DNA of 48,683 nt from Chitinophagales bacterium (GTDB lineage Bacteria; Bacteroidota; Bacteroidia; Chitinophagales; UBA2359): assembly GCA_020631035.1 (NCBI GenBank), contig JAHDIA010000001.1, positions 1 to 48,683 of the forward strand, given 5' to 3'. Position numbers and translations under genes: made by a program. Shown one piece after another: positions 42,551 through 48,683 of this stretch. Every line of letters begins with the position of its first letter. The stretch's first letter is position 1. The notes beneath the pieces were generated by a model. That model saw only the letters and a list, made by a program, of their open reading frames with translations. It was not told the origin of the DNA and made no database searches.

Positions 42551-42885
42551 GTATACCATCAAACAATCAAAGACCGCAAACTGGATCACAAATGATTTCA
42601 TTGTTCATTTTCCTATGTATGATTCTATTCATTATTTGGCATCCAACAGCCGACCAAGCAACTGACCCATTTTGCAGGAAGGTCAATGGCGATATTCACA
42701 AAGCTGGCGGCGTGCTGAATTACTACTTTGACAGAGTAGGGATGCACTCTGAGTCACAAAGACATGTTCGTTCTGGTCAAAAAAGCATGCAAAAACAAGA
42801 GCAGTATAGATATGAGGAAGAAGAGCAGAAACAGGAAAATGATCTTGCAGAATACTATCGACAAAGATTCCAAAGAAGGAGGTAA
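42547..42885 (+). CDS. small membrane-anchored protein
   Basis: ATGA overlap. One hydrophobic helix (MISLFIFLCMILFIIW). Confidence 0.5.
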   Translation: MSIPSNNQRPQTGSQMISLFIFLCMILFIIWHPTADQATDPFCRKVNGDIHKAGGVLNYYFDRVGMHSESQRHVRSGQKSMQKQEQYRYEEEEQKQENDLAEYYRQRFQRRR

Positions 42886-42888
42886 CAA

Positions 42889-43119
42889 ATGTATGAATTG
42901 ATCCTATTTTTCATCCTCACATACGCCTCAGTGATGTCCCATTTTTTTGGACCAGTTTTGTCCAAAAAAATTGGACTGCCTCAGTGGGATGCATACCAAT
43001 ACATCCCAACTGAGCAGGACTGGATAATGGTTCATTACTCCAATGAGGCAAAAAAGAACCTTGCATCCATTAAGAAAAAACCAAACCAAAAGAAACCAAT
43101 TTTTGAAATCAAAAAATAA
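42889..43119 (+). CDS. small membrane protein
   Basis: 76 aa with an N-terminal hydrophobic helix. Confidence 0.45.
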   Translation: MYELILFFILTYASVMSHFFGPVLSKKIGLPQWDAYQYIPTEQDWIMVHYSNEAKKNLASIKKKPNQKKPIFEIKK

Positions 43120-43128
43120 CAAATCATT

Positions 43129-43431
43129 ATGGAAACATTCAGAGCAGTTGTGCTGGAAATCAACCCAGCAACAATGAAACCCGAGGAGAAACATATTTTT
43201 GAAGGAGAGTTGCCAAGGGGATTTGCAGTTCTCAAGATTGAAGAAAAACTGTATCACGTTCAAAATGTGATTTGGGACACCACCCAAGATTGTGCTTTCT
43301 TCTATGTCATTGACCCTATACGGTTTGAAAGAGCTAAGGAGATTATGGGAGCAAAAGGAGGGATTAAGTATCAAGGAAAAGGAGAGAAGTCATTCACACA
43401 AAAAATCAAATCCCCCAAAAATATCAACTAA
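43129..43431 (+). CDS. hypothetical protein
   Basis: 100-aa ATG ORF followed by a terminator. Confidence 0.5.
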   Translation: METFRAVVLEINPATMKPEEKHIFEGELPRGFAVLKIEEKLYHVQNVIWDTTQDCAFFYVIDPIRFERAKEIMGAKGGIKYQGKGEKSFTQKIKSPKNIN

Positions 43432-43438
43432 CAAAAGA

Positions 43439-43464
43439 GGCTGCCAAAACGGGCAGTCTTTTTT
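43439..43464 (+). terminator. rho-independent terminator
   Basis: Stem ggctgcc / ggcagtc (one G-U pair), loop aaaacg, followed by T6. Confidence 0.65.
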
Positions 43465-43526
43465 GTTAAACCATTTTTTTTGCATTTCTCACACTTTCCT
43501 TTTTTCTTTGTAATACTTTCCTAAAA

Positions 43527-43565
43527 TGAGGCAACGTTGAGCCTATCCAATCAACCCACCCGAGG
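43527..43565 (+). promoter_or_regulatory. conserved upstream element, copy B
   Basis: gttgagcctatccaatcaacccacccgagg (43536-43565) matches 28353-28381 with one substitution and one extra c. It ends 53 nt before the ATG. Confidence 0.6.
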
Positions 43566-43618
43566 GCAAGGTCTGTCCCTGAGAAAATCTAGACTGATAA
43601 TATTTTGAAAGACAAAAT

Positions 43619-44254
43619 ATGGTTACAAATTTCTATGATGGCTGCATTGCTCCTTGCCCAACCCAGCAGCCAACTCCAATATATAATCCATGTACAACAG
43701 AGGTAGGCGAGGTAAGCGCAAAAATCAAGGGATTGGTATGGAAAACCTGTACCTCGATTATTACCGACTTAGCCGACTTAACCGACCAAGGAGATTGGTA
43801 TGCACTGCTTGGAGCGGGAGATATTGTTGGCACGCCATGCCGCAAGACCAACGGCGAGTGGAAGGTACCAACTCCTACTAAGAAAAAGAGATCCGCTTGT
43901 TGCCCTGAAGAAGTCACTGAAATTTTGCGTGGTTTCACGTTCCGAGATTGGAATTACGACTGCGTCAATTATACAAATGTTGATTTCTACCAAGACAAGA
44001 TGTGTAATCAGCAGTATTACGAACTTGGCATCATTACCTGTGATGACCGTTTCTATGGCTGGATCCCACCTTGTCATTATAGCTTGACTTACTGGGAGGA
44101 TCCCGAACAAGAGGATGATGGCAAATTAGCAAACTTAATTGATGTAGATATTAAGCTTCCTGTTTGTTATCCTTGGAAGCCTGTATACCTTCCTGGTCTT
44201 TGTGGCTTGCTTTCGCAAGCAGCGCAAGGATTGATTACAGGAAAAGCTGCATAG
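43619..44254 (+). CDS. Cys-rich structural protein (abundant virion component candidate, e.g. major tail protein)
   Basis: 211-aa ATG ORF preceded by a terminator and the same conserved element as the capsid-like gene. The functional guess is positional only. Confidence 0.4.
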   Translation: MVTNFYDGCIAPCPTQQPTPIYNPCTTEVGEVSAKIKGLVWKTCTSIITDLADLTDQGDWYALLGAGDIVGTPCRKTNGEWKVPTPTKKKRSACCPEEVTEILRGFTFRDWNYDCVNYTNVDFYQDKMCNQQYYELGIITCDDRFYGWIPPCHYSLTYWEDPEQEDDGKLANLIDVDIKLPVCYPWKPVYLPGLCGLLSQAAQGLITGKAA

Positions 44255-44276
44255 TAAATCCTTAGAAAAACAAAAA

Positions 44277-46256
44277 ATGACTGCAATTGAATTTGCAGTC
44301 ATTTTCCCCATTCCAAAACTAGATACAATGCAAATTACAACGGAGTACATCACCAAATTACTCAAAAACGGAATTGATGCAGTAGGAGAGCGTCACAAGG
44401 TCTCCTATGCAGAGATAGAAGTATATAAGGATGAAAGTGAGGATATTACATCCCACTACAATGGATCAAAACCAAAGAAGCTTTTTGGAGAGAGATTCCC
44501 ATCGGAGCGGGAGGTATACCGCAAATACAGAGAGGAGAACTTTCAACCAATCACCCGTGCCTCAGTTCTTAGGGGACTTGCTGCATTGTATAGAATTTTC
44601 ACGGGAGCCAACCACTCAATACATTACAATGCTCCATTAGATGAGTATATGGAAAAGGCAAAGTTTGAAGGCTTGACTTTTCCCCAATACATCTTCAAGA
44701 CATTCATTACAAACTCTGTGTGCGACCCAAATGGATGGCTCGTTACAGTTCCCAAAAAACCAGAAAACAGCAATGACAGAGCTGAAATAGAATTGATATG
44801 TGTGCCTTCCTCAGCTCTTATTATCACGCCAAAATCCCATGCTGGAATTTTCGCTTTTCAGCACAAAAATGCTGAGAAAATAATGCAGTACAAAGGAGAG
44901 ACCTATCAGGTCAAATCGTCGTACTATATCATTACAAAAGAATGGTACTACAAGTATGTACAGGTATCCAGAAAAGGAAAAGAAAAGCGTCTGCTCATAC
45001 CATATTACAAAAACTACTGTGGTGAGATTACTGCCGTGAAAAATGGCGGGATTACCGCTATGAAAAAAAATGAGCTGGAACAGATTTCTTACCAAATCTC
45101 TTACTTTGCACACGCCGTTCCTTACTTGAATGAAGCGAGAATTGACCATACGCTCCATCAGGTTAATAAGGTGCTTAATGGTTCGCCTAAGTTGGTGATT
45201 GGCGGTACAGAGTGCTCAAACTGCCATGGCCAACCTGTAATTGGACAAGAGTGGTGTGATAAAGAACAATGCAACAAACAAATATTTTGTGATAAGTGTG
45301 GCGGATTTGGGTTCACAAAACCTGAATCGCAGTTTGACGCAATAGAGGTTCTGCCTCCCGTGAATGAAGCACTTGGTCAGTCGTACAAATTTGTCTACGA
45401 CTATATTACCGTTCCAATTGCTAACTTGGAACATCTTGGCAAGGAAGCTGAAAAGAACATTCAAAAAGCCGATGAGGTTCTTTTGCTTCGATTTGTACAA
45501 GAAGCTCAATCGGGAGTGGCAAAAGAAATTGACAGGGAAGAAAAATACTCCTCGTTCTATTCCATATCAGATTACATTTTCGACACAGTAATGCAAAGGC
45601 TACTGACTTGGATTGATTGCCTCAGGCATAGGGGCAGAGCAGTAGGATTTCAGATTCACAAGCCTATTAGCTTCCAGATAAAAACAGAGATAATGCTTTG
45701 GGAGGAGCTGTGTGAGAAATTGACCAAAAACGCTCCACAGGGCGACATAATTGCCACTTACCTCGATTACATCACAAAACGCTATCCAACCAACAAAAAG
45801 ATGCAGAAAATTGAAAAAATCTGCATCTATTATGAGCCGCATTACATTCATACCATCACGCAGCGGCAGCAGCTGCAAGCAAGTGAGAATATTGACAAAA
45901 ATGCGAACATTCGGGCGACTCGTGTCAACGGTATTGTCAGACTAATTTGCGAGGATCTTGGCGATCAGCAATTCTTGGACGCTTCATTCTCTCAAATTAA
46001 GAAACGCATTGATGAATTAATGAAAGAGTATATGCCAAGCGAACAAGTCAACGGTGAACTTACAACTGAGCAAAAAAGATTAAGGTCGCTTGTTGGGACA
46101 ATGCGATCTATAACAGAACTTCAAAAAGCGGTTGTCGAAGGCAGTATTGAAAAAGATGAGGCAATTAATTCTGTAGTTACCCTACTTGGCTTCACACCAG
46201 AAGAGGCAGCTAATCTAATCGGCGATGCCGTCCCATCACCAGAACCAGCACAGTAG
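44277..46256 (+). CDS. portal-like protein (positional call) with embedded CxxC-rich cluster
   Basis: 659 aa, immediately upstream of a Mu-F-like head morphogenesis gene. Cluster CSNCHGQP...CDKEQC...CDKCGGFG. Confidence 0.45.
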   Translation: MTAIEFAVIFPIPKLDTMQITTEYITKLLKNGIDAVGERHKVSYAEIEVYKDESEDITSHYNGSKPKKLFGERFPSEREVYRKYREENFQPITRASVLRGLAALYRIFTGANHSIHYNAPLDEYMEKAKFEGLTFPQYIFKTFITNSVCDPNGWLVTVPKKPENSNDRAEIELICVPSSALIITPKSHAGIFAFQHKNAEKIMQYKGETYQVKSSYYIITKEWYYKYVQVSRKGKEKRLLIPYYKNYCGEITAVKNGGITAMKKNELEQISYQISYFAHAVPYLNEARIDHTLHQVNKVLNGSPKLVIGGTECSNCHGQPVIGQEWCDKEQCNKQIFCDKCGGFGFTKPESQFDAIEVLPPVNEALGQSYKFVYDYITVPIANLEHLGKEAEKNIQKADEVLLLRFVQEAQSGVAKEIDREEKYSSFYSISDYIFDTVMQRLLTWIDCLRHRGRAVGFQIHKPISFQIKTEIMLWEELCEKLTKNAPQGDIIATYLDYITKRYPTNKKMQKIEKICIYYEPHYIHTITQRQQLQASENIDKNANIRATRVNGIVRLICEDLGDQQFLDASFSQIKKRIDELMKEYMPSEQVNGELTTEQKRLRSLVGTMRSITELQKAVVEGSIEKDEAINSVVTLLGFTPEEAANLIGDAVPSPEPAQ

Positions 46257-47116
46257 TGAACTCCGCAGCCGAAAAAATAATAGACCGCTTAGACAACATC
46301 ATCGAAGATGGTGAGCAGCTGCTGCTGCGCTCAATCGCAGCCTCCGAGGATGAAATCTACAATGCACTTATTAAGATTCTTAGAAAATACTCAAATGGCG
46401 ATAAGCTTTCTTCCAGCGAGGTCTCACAAGCCTTTCTCAACAGGATAGACTCCGAAATTGAGGCAGTTCTAAGGAAGGTGGGCTACTATGATGATGTTGC
46501 TAATTTCTTGGTCAATTTCGACCTAATTGATGGCAATGTCAGGAAACTACACAAGGCGGTCAATAACCTAACCATTGAGTCGGCACTGACCAATCCGTTC
46601 AAAAAACTCGCCATTGATTTCACGACTCAAAACCTGCGAAGCTCAGGCATATCTTCGTCTTTCATTCAACCCATCAAAGAAATAATTGTTCGACATGTTG
46701 TATTGGGTGGATCTCTTGCCAATGCAGAAATCGAACTCTCCCAAAAAGTAAGAGGCATCAAAGGCGGCAGCCAAGGAACGCTTCAGCGGTACGTTGGACA
46801 AGTGGCAAGGGATGGACTTAGCCAGTTTGATGGCACCATTCAAACGGTCATCAAAAACCGTTATCGTCTTACCAAAATCAATTACATAGGTTCCATTGTT
46901 GAAGGAACCAGAGGGCAATGCTACAAATGGGTGAATATGGGAGTGATTGAGGAAAGCAATCTTCAGGCTGAGATTGATTGGGTGGAATCCAACATTGGCT
47001 CAACCTACTCAGGCAGGCGCATAAGCGGGTGGATACCTGAAACCACGGTTGATAATTTCCTTATCAACCGTGGTGGTTTTCGTTGTCGGCATCGGGGGAT
47101 TGCTACTAGGGATTAA
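46256..47116 (+). CDS. head morphogenesis protein (Mu F / SPP1 gp7-like)
   Basis: GTG start overlapping the upstream stop (TAGTG). C-terminal ...YIGSIVEGTRGQCYKWVNMG...GGFRCRHRG pattern. Confidence 0.65.
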   Translation: MNSAAEKIIDRLDNIIEDGEQLLLRSIAASEDEIYNALIKILRKYSNGDKLSSSEVSQAFLNRIDSEIEAVLRKVGYYDDVANFLVNFDLIDGNVRKLHKAVNNLTIESALTNPFKKLAIDFTTQNLRSSGISSSFIQPIKEIIVRHVVLGGSLANAEIELSQKVRGIKGGSQGTLQRYVGQVARDGLSQFDGTIQTVIKNRYRLTKINYIGSIVEGTRGQCYKWVNMGVIEESNLQAEIDWVESNIGSTYSGRRISGWIPETTVDNFLINRGGFRCRHRGIATRD

Positions 47117-47346
47117 CCATCTGTCAATATTTTATTATCGTCAAGCCAATACAGTATTGCTTCGTCAAATCCGACTTCGGGATGGTATTGATATATGACA
47201 TAATCTCCAGCACTGTTTATGGTTACATAGGCTGATTTTTCATTTGGAGTTCTATCCTTTACTGATACCCAAATGCCAATTATAAGCTTTCCTTCTTTGT
47301 CAATCCTAACAGCTCTTTGGTTTTTAATTCTTTTAATTTCTTTCAT
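47113..47346 (-). CDS. hypothetical small protein
   Basis: 77 aa. Shares the N-terminal MKEIK and the corresponding DNA with the upstream minus-strand gene. Confidence 0.5.
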   Translation of the reverse strand: MKEIKRIKNQRAVRIDKEGKLIIGIWVSVKDRTPNEKSAYVTINSAGDYVIYQYHPEVGFDEAILYWLDDNKILTDG

Positions 47347-47537
47347 TTTACATCTGTTTTTGAAACCATAATTCTGTATCCATTATAGTCAACCCATATG
47401 TCTTTGTCAGGATTGATCAAGTCTTTCATTGCAAAGGTCATTATTGGCTGATTTGGGTCCCAGCCAATAAATCCTTTTCCAATATACTCCAGCTTCTGCC
47501 CTTCTTGGAATTCCTGTGAATTTTTAATTTCTTTCAT
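47343..47537 (-). CDS. hypothetical small protein
   Basis: Start moved to the ATG at 47537 (MKEIKNSQEF), 10 nt downstream of a TTAACCACAACAA leader copy. Confidence 0.5.
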   Translation of the reverse strand: MKEIKNSQEFQEGQKLEYIGKGFIGWDPNQPIMTFAMKDLINPDKDIWVDYNGYRIMVSKTDVK

Positions 47538-47547
47538 TTCAATTCTT

Positions 47548-47601
47548 TTGTTGTGGTTAATAATATAGTCCAAAGATGAGACAATTAAGCACACAAGTCA
47601 A
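47548..47601 (-). promoter_or_regulatory. promoter/leader cassette copy 3 (minus strand)
   Basis: On the minus strand: acTTGactt, N20, cAtcTTTG (fwd 47571-47578), then ttaaccacaacaa (fwd 47548-47560). Confidence 0.55.
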
Positions 47602-47691
47602 GTCATTTTTGATGATTATTCCTGCATTAAGAGAACTCTGTAATGGTGATTACACATTAGAAACAAATGCATAAAACACATGGGAATTAAC

Positions 47692-47745
47692 TTGACTTAT
47701 GCCTCACCTTAATCTATCTTAGAGTCATATTGTTAACCACAACAA
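47692..47745 (+). promoter_or_regulatory. promoter/leader cassette copy 2
   Basis: TTG 47692-47694. TAtcTTAG 47715-47722. 13-mer 47733-47745. ATG at 47755. Confidence 0.6.
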
Positions 47746-47754
47746 CTTAAAAAG

Positions 47755-47961
47755 ATGAAATTATTATTTTTCCCAACAGACGAAAATGAAGCATTGAAAT
47801 TTGACGACTTCCTAGAAAGTAGCACTTGGTACGGCACCTATAATGATGAAGTAAGCTGCTTTGAATTTGAGGAGACTGAGGATTGTATAGCGGACTTGGA
47901 ATATTATTTGAAAATAGATGTTGGTCAACTTGGCATCAACGGACACTTTGAAACTGAATGA
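47755..47961 (+). CDS. hypothetical acidic small protein
   Basis: 68-aa ATG ORF after the conserved cassette. Confidence 0.55.
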   Translation: MKLLFFPTDENEALKFDDFLESSTWYGTYNDEVSCFEFEETEDCIADLEYYLKIDVGQLGINGHFETE

Positions 47962-48218
47962 AAACAAAAACCTCCAAGGAGCGAATCCTTGGGGGTTTTT
48001 ATTTTGAAAATTTTCAAATTCAAAAAATGAAATTAAAATTCAAAACTGAAAGAAATCAAGATTTGAGGGAGGTTAAAAGAGTTTTCATAGAAACTCCAAA
48101 CAAACATTATAGAGTCGCTATAAACAAAAATGGCGACTTAGAAATCAACATAGATGACTTGTCTGACCAATACCCTAAAATTGAAATTATAAGTAATGCA
48201 AAAATCAGAATTAAATGA
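47958..48218 (+). CDS. hypothetical small protein
   Basis: ATGA-coupled 86-aa ORF. Confidence 0.5.
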   Translation: MKTKTSKERILGGFYFENFQIQKMKLKFKTERNQDLREVKRVFIETPNKHYRVAINKNGDLEINIDDLSDQYPKIEIISNAKIRIK

Positions 48219-48556
48219 AAAATCAAATTATAGAATTCCTAGTAGCCGCCAAAAATGAAAGCCTTTCAAAAATCCTTGAAATACAGGACTTGATTAATAG
48301 AGAGGAAGGGCAAAACAAATGCCGTATAGACGCCGACAAATTCCTTGTAGGTATTGACTACGAAAAGCACCGAGAGTCGGTCGAAATCGCCAAAACCCAA
48401 AAGGAAATATACCACATGGTTCAAAAATGGATCAATAGAGTTGTAGGTAGAACGGACATACAAATCAAAGAATTATTCCTTCAGACAAAAGAGCGCAACT
48501 TTTGGGAATTTGAAAAAAGAATGTGCGAATTTATTATTGCAACCTACATACAGTAA
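48215..48556 (+). CDS. hypothetical protein
   Basis: ATGA-coupled 113-aa ORF. Confidence 0.5.
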   Translation: MKNQIIEFLVAAKNESLSKILEIQDLINREEGQNKCRIDADKFLVGIDYEKHRESVEIAKTQKEIYHMVQKWINRVVGRTDIQIKELFLQTKERNFWEFEKRMCEFIIATYIQ

Positions 48557-48578
48557 TTAAATACATCTTGCTTTTAAG

Positions 48579-48614
48579 CACCAGCTTGGTTTTCGGACTG
48601 GGCGGGTGTTTTTT
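48579..48614 (+). terminator. rho-independent terminator
   Basis: Imperfect stem of about 12 bp (48579-48590 / 48597-48608) with loop tttcgg, followed by T6. Confidence 0.6.
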
Positions 48615-48643
48615 ATTTATTTCAAAACTTTTCTTTCAAATAC

Positions 48644-48674
48644 TTGCACGGTACGAATATTTGATTTATATTTG
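48644..48674 (+). promoter_or_regulatory. Bacteroidota-type promoter reading across the window end
   Basis: TTG 48644-48646, N20, TAtaTTTG 48667-48674. The next ORF in this direction is 46..411 at the other end of the window. Confidence 0.5.
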
Positions 48675-48683
48675 TACCAACAA

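Noticed and set aside
42928-43374. 148-aa minus-strand ORF spanning two plus-strand genes.
   Set aside because: It crosses the boundary of two well-formed, ATG-initiated plus-strand ORFs in a uniformly plus-strand block. No promoter or terminator supports it.
1-48683. CRISPR arrays, transposase/IS elements, rRNA genes and stop-codon recoding.
   Set aside because: There are no regularly spaced repeat-spacer arrays and no transposase-like ORFs. No in-frame stops interrupt otherwise continuous genes, and ORFs tile the genome normally under the standard code.

Overview
The window reads as a complete, circularly closed temperate tailed-phage genome of about 48.7 kb, siphovirus-like and probably from a Bacteroidota host. 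Host evidence: several intergenic regions carry the Bacteroidota promoter pattern TTG-N20-TAnnTTTG, most genes lack Shine-Dalgarno sequences, and the integrase has the Bacteroidota-type N-terminus. The same 8-mer sits at both window ends, and a promoter at the right end points into the first ORF at the left end. Modules in order: small early/accessory genes; a leftward lysogeny operon (CI/LexA-like repressor, unknown gene, lipoprotein); a Cro-like gene; three tRNA-like RNA genes; recombination and replication genes (excisionase-family HTH, ERF annealing protein, HNH endonuclease, initiator-like gene with internal iterons); two DNA methyltransferases; terminase genes (TerS-like, TerL, Terminase_2 TerS); a leftward tyrosine integrase with candidate attP arm repeats; tail genes (chaperone candidate, 1358-aa tape measure, three large Cys-rich tail proteins); head genes (scaffold-like, capsid-like with Ig/CBM-like tail); a fibre-like gene; unknown virion genes; an envelope-directed block (membrane protein, two lipoprotein metalloproteases, TIGR02594-type hydrolase); small membrane proteins; and a portal-like plus Mu-F-like pair. 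Most noteworthy: (1) three cloverleaf-like RNAs with canonical acceptor, D and T arms but hugely expanded anticodon arms and no recognisable anticodon loop; (2) a dispersed 13-mer TTAACCACAACAA leader/operator family, including three near-identical promoter cassettes; (3) a conserved upstream element shared by two structural genes; (4) an inverted-repeat and alternative-hairpin region at 41.1-41.4 kb; (5) a C5-methyltransferase locus where two reading frames both stay open and both carry methyltransferase-like motifs; (6) two candidate -1 frameshift sites. All functional calls rest on motif recognition by eye. No database search was run.
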